Source: the human T2T-CHM13v2.0 reference genome, Homo sapiens. From it: a stretch of 64,000 bases of DNA. Below the pieces are notes generated by a model, which was given only the letters and a program-made list of their open reading frames with translations, was not told the DNA's origin and searched no databases. The stretch lies in the NCBI RefSeq assembly GCF_009914755.1, contig NC_060929.1; one strand, written 5' to 3'. Numbering within the stretch: the stretch's first letter is position 1; each line of letters starts with the position of its first letter. Position numbers and translations under genes: made by a program. Below, in pieces: positions 1-11,594 of the stretch.

Positions 1-155
1 AATCAGACATACCTGAACTGAATGTTCGTACCTAAATGCGTAACCATGATCTTTATGTTCTTGAATGTTCTAATTTGGTTGAATTTTTTTGGCCATCAGC
101 TAAATAGATATCTCTGTTTTATATAACCTCTAAACAAGGTTTAATTAAAAAATCA

Positions 156-491
<336 letters not shown>

Positions 492-511
492 CTATAAAAT
501 TTGTCCTGGTT

Positions 512-804
512 GGCTGAGCACAGTGGCTCACACTTGTAATCCCAGCACTTTGGGAGGCCGAGGCAGGTAGATCATTTGAGGTCAGGCGTTTGAGACCAGC
601 ATGGCCAACATAGTGAAACCCCATCTCTACTAAAAATACAAAAATCAGCCAGGCGTGGTGGTGCATGCCTGTAATCCCAGCTACTCAGTAGGCTGAGGCA
701 GGGGAATCACTTGAGCCTGAGAGGTAGAGGTTGCAGTGAGCCGAGATGGTGCCACTGTACTCCAGTCTGGGTGACAGAGTGAGACCCTGTGTCAAAAAAA
801 AAAA
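512..804 (+). mobile_element. AluS, tandem to the previous Alu
   Basis: Full dimer with A tail. Confidence 0.95.
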
Positions 805-1821
805 ATTTTTTTTTTCCTGGTCATAGCGTGTTCATTGTTTCAGCAAGCAAGATGTCATACTAAAATACACAAAAAAATTAATACAATCTTATCTTTGAAA
901 ATTTAGTAATTTACTCTTTTTTTGGTGTATGTCTCTTCTTTATTTGGTTTGGAGCTACATGCCTTGTTAAAATGAAAAGCATGTACCTCATTTTTCTGGA
1001 TATTTTGTATTTCTGATGTTTCACTGGGCAGTCTTGTACCTTGGCCAAAGTGGAATATTTATGCAGGCAGAATTGAATTTAATAATATACATTTCAATTG
1101 TTAAGGAAAAATAATTTTCAAGGCATTGGAATTGTATTGTCGTTGCTACTGGTGAATCTACTAGTTGATTGTTGGTATTTCATTTTCTGAACATTGGATT
1201 CCTCAGGCAAACCTTCTCTTATACCTCTTATTTTTGTTTATATTGGTCCTGTAATTTTTTTACCTTAGAAAATGCAGCATCTTTTTATGTCATTTAGCAG
1301 GTATTTGATGTATCTTGTCATTATTTTATTACTACTTTAACTCTGCTGTAGCAAAATTCTATACTACCTTGTATATATTTACTTATTTTTTAAATAACTA
1401 ACAAGTTTAATTATAATTTATATAGAACTCTGTATTGTCATGTTCTCCTAAGTGGATGAAAAGTTTCTGGAGAGAAAGTGTCATTACTTTTTTTTTCTGA
1501 TCTGCTAGAGTTCTCATTGAACACAAAGTTTGCACATACTGCTTCCTTAATGAATGACTGGTAGATGGAGTGGAATTTTTACAACTGACGTTCTGCAGGT
1601 TGATTTCAGTTCGTTATTTCAACTTAATGGGAAATTTTTAAAACATATTAAGTGACTATGAAACTAACTTGACTCTGAATAGCTTTTCAGATCAGCATTT
1701 TAAATTTTGCTGTGCAGAATTGCTTCTCTTGCACAAAGTAGTGTGGCTTCATTTGTTAATAAACATTTCATTAATTCTTTTGGGGAAGTGTTTGATTAAA
1801 AATAAATTTTTTTTTCTAAGA

Positions 1822-1967
1822 CATGTAACATTCCCAGCTTCTCCCTAATAAGAAAATTATTCATGATAGTTCTGTAGTTTGAAGATTGTTGATGCATATA
1901 ACATTTCCAACTTCCTTCTAATAAGATAATCATTCTTGATTGTTCTGAAGTTTAAAGATTATTGATA
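1822..1967. repeat. Diverged 73-bp tandem duplication of non-repeat DNA
   Basis: 1822-1894 and 1895-1967 align without gaps, 14 mismatches by hand count. Confidence 0.9.
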
Positions 1968-2802
1968 ATTTGACTTCATTTTCACTTCATTGTACTTTAT
2001 AGGCAGGAACATGTTTGATTTAGTGCTATTTCAGAATCCTTTGAAGAAGTCTGACAATCTTTTTAGGATTTTGTTTCAAAATTGATATTAAGTTGTAGCC
2101 ATAAAGAGGCCACCAATTGATTAATCTTTCTGATCAATAAGGTAATTTAAAGATACTCTTTTAGCTGTGTGACCTTGTTTCACTGCTGCCTGCTGGAGGT
2201 GGTTGCCAATTTTGCAGGTAACTAAGTGCTATCAGACACTACCCTTGTAGAAGCACAGCCTCCTAAATTGTGATACCTTGATAACAAATGACTTCTAATC
2301 TGGATTAATTTTGTTGCTTGCTTCATTCAAATGTTGGAGAGGCCAGCACATGGGAATCTAACAGAATAGTACTATAATTTTGAAACTATCAAAGTTCCAT
2401 TTCTATCAGCCACTAGTTGAGCTTTCTGCTGAGTGATTCAGTGTATGTAATTCAGCTCCAGGCCCTTTCCATCAGGAGAAGAACTGGCAGAGAATCTGCT
2501 AAGCATGATTATCCCAATATCCTTCCTATATTAAACCCTCTTTTTTTCCCCCAGTGGGGGAATAAGATAATTGACTTGGGATCCTTGGAGGCCAATCATA
2601 ACTCCAATTCTCTAACACCAAGTGGGTATTCAACAATTCAGTACAATTCAAACACCATCTATCTAGGGTTAGTGTCAGATCCCACAGGTTTGTGGGCTCA
2701 GTCTCACAAAATTGCCTCCACTTCAGATGCCAGTCACAAGTCCTGAGTCACCTATACTTTTGACCAACCAGTTATAAATCAAGGTTTCCCTTGATTTATG
2801 CC

Positions 2803-2954
2803 TCACGAATAATTTTCTTATTAGGGAGAAGCTGGGAATGTTACATGTCTTAGAAAAAAAAATTATTTTTAATCAAACACTTCCCCAAAAGAATTAATGA
2901 AATGTTTATTAACAAATGAAGCCACACTACTTTGTGCAAGAGAAGCAATTCTGC
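2803..2954 (-). repeat. Inverted copy of 1714-1866 inserted in MER21
   Basis: Reverse complement matches 1714-1866 with about one substitution and one homopolymer indel. Confidence 0.95.
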
Positions 2955-3189
2955 CTCAGGTTTGATAATTTGCTATAATGGGTCACAGAAATCAGAAAAA
3001 TATTTTATTTACCTTTACTGGTTTAGTACAAAAGATAGAACTTAGGAACAGCCAAATGAGAGAGGACACATAGGGAAAGTTATGGTGGCAGGGGAACAGG
3101 ACTTCAATGCCCTTCTGTGGACATGCCACCTTTTAGCACCATGATGTGTTCACCAAGCAGGAAGCTGTTCACATCTCCTTGTTCAAGAG

Positions 3190-3308
3190 TTTTGTTTTTT
3201 TGAGACAGGGTTTCACTCTGTCACCCAGGTTGGAGTGCAGGTAGCACAATCATAGCTCACTGTAATGTCAAAGGCCTGGGCTCAAGTGATCCTCCTTCCT
3301 AAGCCTCC
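3190..3308 (-). mobile_element. Old Alu monomer fragment (FLAM/AluJ-like)
   Basis: T-tract then gagacagggtttcactctgtcacccagg...ctcaagtgatcctcc. Confidence 0.8.
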
Positions 3309-3677
3309 TGATATGGTTTGGCTGTTTCCCCATGTAAATCTGATCTTGAATTCCCACGTGTTGTGGGAGAGACCCAGTGGGAGGTAATTGAATCATGGGG
3401 GCAGTTCTTTTTCATGCTTTTCTCATGATAGTGAATAAATCTCACGAGATCTGATGGTTTTATAAGGTGGTGGGGTTGGGGGGGGGCTCCCTGCACAAGC
3501 TCTGTCTCATTGCCTGCTGCCATCCATGTAAGACATGAATTGCTCCTCCATGCCTTCTGCCATGATTATGAGACCGCCTCAGCCATGTGGAACTGTAAGT
3601 CCATTAAACTGTTTTTTTCCATATAAATTACTGAATCTCAGGTATGTCTATCAGCAGTGTGAAAATGGACTTATAAA
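3309..3677 (+). mobile_element. THE1 (ERVL-MaLR) solo LTR
   Basis: Starts tgatatggtttggctg, ends gaaaatggacttataaa; 5-bp TSD cctcc on both sides. Confidence 0.9.
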
Positions 3678-3994
3678 CCTCCCAATTCAAATTTTTATAG
3701 AGCTCAATCTCCTGGTCTGGGTGCATGGGAGGAATGGAGGGTAGGGAGGAGGGTCTGAAAATCCCAGCGTACTAATCACTTGGTGTTTCTGGTGACCAGC
3801 TCCATCCTGAGGCTGTCTAGAGGCCCCACTGTAAGTCACTTCATTATTATAAACTCAGGTGTAATTGAAAGCTGTTCCTTATGAGTAACAAAAACATTCC
3901 TATCACTCAGGAAATTTCAAGGGTTTTGCCAACTCTGTGCGAGGAGCAGGGGACAAAGTTCAAACATATTTCTTATAATATCACACACACTCAT

Positions 3995-5550
3995 TATTTT
4001 TTGTTTGTTAAATTTTATTTATATTATATATTATGTTATGGTTGTTTATATTTATGGGGTACAAAGTGATATTATGATTTTGAATGCAATGCAGAATGGT
4101 TAAATTAAGCTAATTAACATATCTATCCCCTGAAGTATTTAACATTGTTTATTTGTGGCAATATTGAAATGTACAGTACTCAATTGTTAGCTATGTTCAG
4201 CATGCTGTACAATTGATCTAAAATAGAAAAGTCAGACTTATTTCTCATATATAACTGAGGCTTTATACTCTTTTGACTGTTGTGTTAGCCTGTTTTCACA
4301 CTGCTATGAGGAACTGCCTAAGACTAGGTAAATTATAAGGAAAAGAGGTTTAATTGACCCACAGTTCTGCATGGCTGTGGAGGCCTCAGGAAACTTACAA
4401 TCATGGCAGAAGGAAAAGCAGGCAGGCATATCTTACATGGTGGCAGGTGAGAGAGAAGAGTGAAATGGGAACTGCCAAACTATTAAAGCCATCAGCTCTT
4501 GTGATAACTCACTCCACTATTATGAGAACAGCATGGGGGAAGTCGTCCCTGTGATCCAATCACCTCCCACCAGGTCCTAGGTCAACATCTGGGGATTACA
4601 ATTCGAGATGAGATTTGGGTGGGGACACAGCCAAACCATATCAACTGCCCATCCTCCCTACCACCCAGCCTCTGGTAACCACCATTCTACTCTCTGCTTC
4701 TGTGAGTTCAATTAATTTAGATTATACATATAAGTGAGAACTGTGGCATTTGTCTTTCTGTGCCTTGCCTATTTCACTTAGGGTAATGTCCTCCAATTCC
4801 ATCTGTGATGTCACAAATTACAAAGTTATTTTTATTTTTTAAAGCCTGAATAGTGTTCCATTGTGTGTAGATGAATTTTTTGGTATTCATTTATCCTCTG
4901 ATAGACATTTAGGTTTATTCCATTACTTGGCTATTGTCTAGTGCTGCAGTGAATATGAGACTACAGATGTCTCTTCCACATTCTGATTTTAAAACTTTCA
5001 GGTAAATACTCAGAAGTGGGATTGCTGGATCATATAGTAATTCTATTTTTAGTTTTTTGAGGATCCTCCATACTGTTTCCCATAATGGTTATGCTAATTT
5101 ATGTTCCTACCAACAGGATACAAAGGTTCCCTTTTTCTCCACCTTCTTGCAAGTGTTTGTTGTTTTTGTTGATAGTGGCCATTCTCACAGATAGGAGGTG
5201 ATATCTAATTGTGATTTTAATTTCTATCTCCCTAATGATTAGTGATGGTGAGCGTTTTTTCAAGTATCTATCAGTTATTCAGATGTATTCTTTTGACAAA
5301 TACCTATTCAGGTCAATAGCTCACGTTTTTATTGGATTATCTGTTTTGTTTCTATAGAGCTGTTTGATTTCCTCTTATACTTTGGATATTAGCCCTTTAC
5401 CAAATATATGGACTGCAGATATTTTCTTAATTCTGTAGGTTGTCTTTTTACTCTGCTAATTGTTTCCTTTGATGTGCAGAAGCTTTCTAGTTTGATGTAA
5501 TCTCATTTGTCTATCTTTGCTTTTGTTTCCTATGCTTTTAATGTCAAATC
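3995..5550 (-). mobile_element. L1M(A/B) 3' end
   Basis: Antisense L1 3'UTR and ORF2 C-terminal motifs (agaagtgggattgctggatcata, gtgcagaagcttt). Confidence 0.85.
4281..4643 (-). mobile_element. MaLR (MST/THE1) solo LTR inserted in L1
   Basis: tgtgttagcc...gacacagccaaaccatatca; imperfect TSD actgt/actgc. Confidence 0.88.
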
Positions 5551-5566
5551 CATTTTAATGTCAAAT

Positions 5567-6145
5567 AACAAAAAAGTTATGAAAGCACAGAACCTAGTGG
5601 TATAAGTAATACTGATCAACATTCAGAATATTTTAGGATGGTAATGGTGGTGTGTAGAGTAATTTTATTCTTAGTACAGGGTTAAAGGACAAAATTATTA
5701 ATTGCAACCACAGCTACAATAAACTTTCAAGGGATATATATATTATAATATGATGTAATTTAGACATTAGAAACATAAGATGGCTGGGTAAAGGTGTTGA
5801 GTTGTATTTAATCAATGTTAAGCTGCTATCAGGTTAAAATAGACAGAAGTGTAAGATATTCTTTGTAAGCCTCATGGTAGCCAAAAAGCAAAAATCTGTA
5901 GGAGATTCACAAAAAATAAAATTAGATTCAAAAGATTCAAGACATACCACACAGGAAACTATCAAACCACAAAGGAAAATTGCAAGAGATGAAGAAGGAA
6001 ACAAAATATCTTCAAGAAAAAAAGACCCAATGATAGAAAATAATTAACAAAATGGCGAGAAAGTTAGTCCTTTCCTTACTTATCAACAATTATATTGAGT
6101 GTAAACGGATTATATTCTCCTATAAAAGACAAGGAGTAAATGAAT

Positions 6146-6181
<36 letters not shown>

Positions 6182-6945
6182 GACCTAACTACATGCTACC
6201 TACAAGGAACTCACTGCACTTTTGAGGACACATATAGACTGAAAGTGAAGAAATGGAAAAAGATATTCTACACAAATGGTAACCAAAAATCAGCAGAAGT
6301 AGCAATACTTACAGCAGAAAATACTTTAAGTCAAAAGCTGTAAAAAGAAGAAAATGAAGGCATTATATAATGATAAAGTAGTCAGTTTGCCAAGAGGCTA
6401 TAACAATTATAAATACATATGTACCCAGCAATGGAGCACCTAAATATATAAAGCAAACATTAAAGGGTGTACAGAGATAGACTGTAATACAATAACAGTA
6501 GAGAACTTCAATGCACCACTTTCAATAATGGACAGATAATGTCAGAAAATTAATAAGGCAATGTTAGACTTAAGCAACACTTTAAATGAAATGAACCGTA
6601 ACAGACATATACAGAGTATTCCATCTTAACACCAACAGGATACACAATCTTCTCAAATGTACACAGATCATTTCTGGGATAGATTGTATGTTAGTTCACA
6701 AAGCACATCTTAGGAAGTTGAAGAAGACTGAAATCATATCACATATCTTTTCTGACCACAATTGTATGAAACTAGAAATCAATTACGGGAAGAATTTCAG
6801 AAAATTCAGAAGTATACTGAAATTAACAACATGCTCCTGAACAACCAATAGGTCAATTGAGGAATTAAAAGGGAAATTAAAAAATATCTTTAGACAAACA
6901 AAAATGAAAACACGGTATGCCAAAATTTATGGGATGTTGTAAAAG
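5567..6945 (+). mobile_element. L1M internal segment (ORF1 end to ORF2 endonuclease), inverted relative to its flanks
   Basis: Degenerate EN-domain motifs (track ORF 6140-6343 ...CYLQGTH...LKVKKWKKIFYTNGNQK). Confidence 0.85.
6148..6180. repeat. (CA)n microsatellite
   Basis: Direct read. Confidence 0.95.
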
Positions 6946-7414
6946 TTTTGCTTGTCTGGGAAAGTTTTTATTTCCTTCTTATTTTTGAAAGACATCTTTG
7001 CTGGGTAAAGTCTTCTTGGTTGGCAGCATTTTTTTACGCCCCATCCCCCGAGCAGTTTGAATATATCAGCCCACTCTCTCCTGGTCTGGGGTTTCTGCTA
7101 AGAAGTTTATTGTTATTTTTATTGGAACCCTTTTATGTGTGATTTCTTTATTATCTTTTGCTGTTTTCAGAATTTTTTCTTTCTCTTTAATTTTTGATAG
7201 TTTGATAATTACATGTTATCGTCAACTCCTCTTTGGTTTGAATTTGGTTGGAGATCTCCTTTCTTCATGTACCTGGATGTTGGCTTCCTTCTGATTAGGG
7301 AACTTTTCATTTGTTATTTCTTTAAATATGCATCTACCTACTTTGTTTTTCTACTTCTTAATTCCTATTATGTATAGGTTAGGTCTCTTGATGGTGCTCC
7401 ATAATCCCCATAGG

Positions 7415-7589
7415 CTCCCCTCCCCTCCTTTCCCGTTCCCTCCCCTTCCCTCCCCTCCCCTCTCCTCCCCTTCCCTCCGCTCCCCTCTCTTCCCCTCCTT
7501 TCCCCTCCCCTCTCTTCCCCTCCTCTCCCCTCTTCTCCTCTCCCCTCTCCTCCCCTCTTCTTTCCTTTCCTCTTTTTCTTTTTTTCTTT
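7415..7589. repeat. Polypyrimidine (CCCCT/CCTCT)n low-complexity tract
   Basis: About 175 nt almost purely C/T. Confidence 0.95.
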
Positions 7590-7820
7590 GCTCCTCTGAC
7601 TGATTTCAAATGTCCATCTAGAAGCTCACTGATTCTTTCTTCAGCTTCCTCAAGGCAGCTGTTCAAGCTTCCTATTTCATTTTTCAGTTTAGTCGTTGTA
7701 TTCTTCATCTCCTGGATATTCATTTTTTAATTGTTTCTATTTCTTTGTCAAACTTTTCATTTTGTTCATGTATTTTCAAAATTTAATTTTCTATTTATAT
7801 ATTCTTGTGGTTAACTTTTT

Positions 7821-7990
7821 TTTTTTCCCAAAAGAGTTGAGGTTTCACTCTGTCTCCCAGGCTGGAGACTGGAGTGCAGTGACAAAATCATAGTTCACCA
7901 TAGCTTTGAATTCCTGGGCACAAGGGATCCTCCTGCTTCAGCCTCCTGAGTTGCTGGAACTACAGGTGTGAGCCACCATGTGCTGCCCAT
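7821..7990 (-). mobile_element. Old Alu monomer (FRAM/AluJ-like)
   Basis: Monomer length; TSD ttaacttttt (7811-7820 / 7991-8000). Confidence 0.8.
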
Positions 7991-8649
7991 TTAACTTTTT
8001 AATAAGGATTATTCTGAAATCTTTTTTTTTTTTTTTTTACCATTTTTTGGATTCCATTTTCTTTGGGATTCATTGTTGGAGTTTTATTCATTTCTTTTGG
8101 AGGTGTCATGATTTCCTGAGTCTTTGTAATCCTGTGTCCTTGTGTTGGTGTTTGCACATTTGTGGAGACAACCACCTTTTCCAGCTTTTACAGGTGTTGG
8201 TTGGCAGGGATAGAACTTTACTATTTATTCTAGCCTATACTTCTGGAGGGGCCAGCTAGTAATAACCCTTAGCAGACACAGCTTGCTTTTAGGTTCTGTA
8301 GAAAGCTGGCCTGCTACCTTTGCTCTGAATTTTTTTGGGGTAGCTACATAGGTTCTCTTATCTGACAGGACCACCGTCTGAGCTCTGCAATCAGGCCGAG
8401 CTGCTGAATGGACACAGAAATTTCCTCTGATCAGCCTTGGCCACAGGGTGTATTCCTTTATTTGAGTTCAGCAGTTGGACAGGGTTGCAGGAGGGTCCTT
8501 GAGGTTAAGTGGATTGGGGTGGATGGACCAATTTTTATGTTCAATAGAAATGGTTATTAGAAATGATCAGTGGGGTAGGAAAGCAGGCTTTGAGGCTAGG
8601 GACCACTCTGGTTAAACTCCCTCCTATGTCAGAACAAGTGCCTGCCTGT

Positions 8650-9480
8650 TGTCAAAATCTGCTGAGGATCTGTTGTGGGATGGTGGAGGCTGGCAAGCCT
8701 GTCCCAGTTGCTCAGACTGGCTAGTCTTCTGGTAGTTCTCTACCTAGACAGGATTACTCCTGGACTGCAGCAGAGAGAGGCTGTAGCTAAGCAGAGGCCC
8801 TTCAGGATCTGCTGTGGATTGGAGGCTAACAAGTCTGTCCCAGTGCACAGATCATGAATCTCCTAGCAGATCTTTGTACTTGCAGGATAGTTCTTAAATT
8901 GCAGTGAGAGGGGCTGGAGCAGAGACTGGGCCCCTTCACAATCTGCTGTGGGACAGGAGCTGGCAAGCCTATTCCGGTATTATTAAGATGGATGCTTCTT
9001 TCAGCAGTTCCCTGTCCAGGCAAGATAGTTCCCAGCAAGAGGATTGGAGCTGAGACTGAGCCCTTCCAGGATCTGCTGTGGTATGGAGGCAGACACACCT
9101 GTTGCAGTGGTTCAGACTTACACGAATCCCAGAAGTTCTTTGCATAGGTGGGATAGTTCCCTTACTGTGGCAGGGAGGGGTTGGAGCTGAGACTGAGCCC
9201 TGTCAGGATCTACTGTGGGATGGAGGCTGAGTCACCAAGCCTGCCTTGGTGACTCAGATATATGAGTCTCCCAGCAGTTCTCTACATGGGCAGGATATTT
9301 CCAGGGCTGCCGGACAGAAGTGCTGTAGCCAAGAAAGGTCCCCCTTGGGATCTGCTGTGGGATAGAGGGTGGCAATCCCATCCCAGTGGCTCAGATGGGT
9401 AAGTGTTTCTCTGGGTTTTTGTGTGACCAGTGATAAGCGGGAACCACAGATGAGGGGGGCTGGAGCTGAATTATAGGGTA
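8650..9480. repeat. Diverged tandem array, about 6 units of 130-142 bp, within L1M 5'UTR
   Basis: GATCTGCTGTGG-like anchor recurs at 8667, 8806, 8940, 9070, 9207 and 9349. Confidence 0.85.
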
Positions 9481-9829
9481 ACTTTTGGGTCCACTGCCAA
9501 GACTGATGTTGGTGGGCTGACCGGCCTTTGTGGGGCACTTGGGTGTGTAATTCCTCCAGGACCCCTTGGCAGGTGGTTTTGGTTGCAAAAGCCAAAGGGG
9601 GCTGAAGCCAAGCCGTTTGGGGAACAGGATTATTTCTGTGTTTGAACCCAGGAGCCCAATCTGTGTGTCTAGGTGCAAGTTTGTACCCTCAAAATGGCCT
9701 TCCTAAGTCTTGGGCTCCACTTGGGTTTTACAGCCTCCTACCTGAATCCCAAGACTCCTACAACAAGATTTTTGTTTGTGGATGGCTGCAGAATTCTTAT
9801 TGTAGGTGTACACATATAATTTTGGAAAC

Positions 9830-10110
9830 TTTATACCCAGTGTTTTGAAAAACAATATGAGCCAACATTTCAAAGCCAGTTGACTTCTACATAAAAATTG
9901 GCATTTGTCAGTTTCTTGAATAATCTGAATGACAGAACACTAAGGACCAATACTTACCCATAACAATCTGCTTTGCAGTGAGTAATGGCTACCACCTTTA
10001 TATGGTACTTGTAGTTTCTAGTTTCCCACAGTCCCACTCGTCATGCAATGGATGCATATGACCTCACTCCTGATCTGCATGGCCCCTGGATATATTAGAA
10101 CTTGTACCCT
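9830..10110. mobile_element. MER102-like hAT DNA transposon relic
   Basis: acataaaaattggcatttgtcagtttcttgaataatctgaa...cccacagtccc resembles the remembered MER102 consensus. Confidence 0.55.
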
Positions 10111-11483
10111 TACAAGAGAAAATAGAGCTTGACTTAAATTTTAGGTATAAATTTTAGTCCATTTTGAGAATGTATAACCCAAGGGTTATACTCAGAACAG
10201 AGTCTTGCTTATACTTTGGAACTTCCTCCTGCTGGAGTTGTCCAAAATGTATTCAGAGATGTGGTCAAAAATGACAGACTGAGAAATTGAAGCGTGGGAA
10301 ATAAATATGTAATTACTCATCCAATTAGGAATGAAAGTGCTTATGTGCTATTTATAACTGTTACTATTATTTGAACTGTATGAAATTGTCATTTTTATAG
10401 GTTAAAAATTGTGAAATGTTGGTAATTTTATATAGTTCCTAAATAGTTTTGTATTGCTGAATTTGAGGATATGTTATAGGTTTTGTTTTTTTTTTTTCCT
10501 CAGACTAAGTTGCTCAGTCCTATCACTTGTCATCTTGTTTGCCATTAAGAAATAGGCAGATAAACGGGTGCGGTTTTAAGTAAATGATGGGTTTGTGAGT
10601 GGGGGGAAAAAAGTACATTGTTTATAAGTCTTATTCCTTTTTCACACAAGTGCTTTTAGTTACATTTCAGTTCTGAAAAACACTTTTTTTTTTAAGTAGA
10701 AAAGACTGTATATAAGCTTAATTGGTGATGTTTCATAGGAACACCCTCACTCTTTTGGAATTGAAATAAGAGAGGTGTCAAAAATTTTGAGGCTTAAGAA
10801 ATCATAATTACTGAGTTCTTGTTGAAAAAGACTGCTGCTTAGTTAATGCTGTTTCAGGTACTATCTTATCTCTTCTCTTCAGTTCTGTTAAGTGTCATTC
10901 TCACGTGAAACTGCAATTAGAACTAAAGTGTTCTTGTGACAGTCTAGAAAGTTTCCAAAATGATAAGTGTACTCTCATCCTTTCTGCCAAGTTTATTTGT
11001 AGTCAAGAGTGGCCGCTCAATGAATATGAAGGAAGTTATAGTCTTGGAACTTAGGGTCCAATTTTAAGAGCACTTTGGAGCTAGGTATTAAATAGTATGT
11101 GGGAAATTTGTTCATGCATTAGGTCATTTTATTGCTTTTTAATACCCACTTTATAGTGTTAGAGTAGGAAAGGAGAGGAAGTGAAATTTATGTTTATCAC
11201 TGAAACTAATGATTATTAATGGTATTTGTAAAAGATAAGCAGAGGAAATGAGAAGTAATATGATATTTGGAATGGCAGCAACTGGCATTCCACAGTCATG
11301 AGAGGTAATTAAGAATGGACTGTGACCTCAACCAAGAGGCCTTATTTTTCTAGACTTATTTTATAGTACTAATGCTCTGTTCCTAAAGCATCAGATTAAT
11401 TTAATGTCTCCCTTATACATCAGCTGTATATTACAAGTTTTTGAATAAGATTATGTTAGCAGTTATAACTGTATTTTACTACC

Positions 11484-11594
11484 TTATGGTGACTAAACAT
11501 TGTGGTTTGCCTGGAATTGAGAGATTTTCTAGGTCTTGGGACTTTGTTTGAAAATTAGGAAAATTCCAGGAATACCTGGACAGGTGGTTACCTT
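11484..11594. mobile_element. MER81-like MITE
   Basis: Degenerate terminal inverted repeats ggtggacta...tggttacc and internal tggtttgcctggaattgag. Confidence 0.5.

Larger units (their letters stand above)
2590..3985 (-). mobile_element. MER21-family LTR, interrupted by a templated insertion, an Alu monomer fragment and a THE1 LTR
   Basis: MER21-like motifs (gatcccacagg...gctcagtctcacaa...cccacttcagatgcc-like; tcctatcactcaggaaatttcaagggtttt...tatcaca end). Confidence 0.75.
6946..9805 (-). mobile_element. L1M ORF1 and GC-richer 5'UTR
   Basis: Minus-strand ORF1-like peptide (7379-7723 ...LEEAEERISEL...); repetitive 5'UTR at 8650-9480. Confidence 0.75.

Noticed and set aside
7328-7723. Pro/Ser/Leu-rich and Gly/Glu/Arg-rich ORFs
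   Set aside because: Translations of the polypyrimidine tract within the L1 relic.
8650-9480. Regularly spaced motif resembling a CRISPR array
   Set aside because: Spacers are homologous to each other, units are degenerate, the context is a primate L1, and there are no cas genes.
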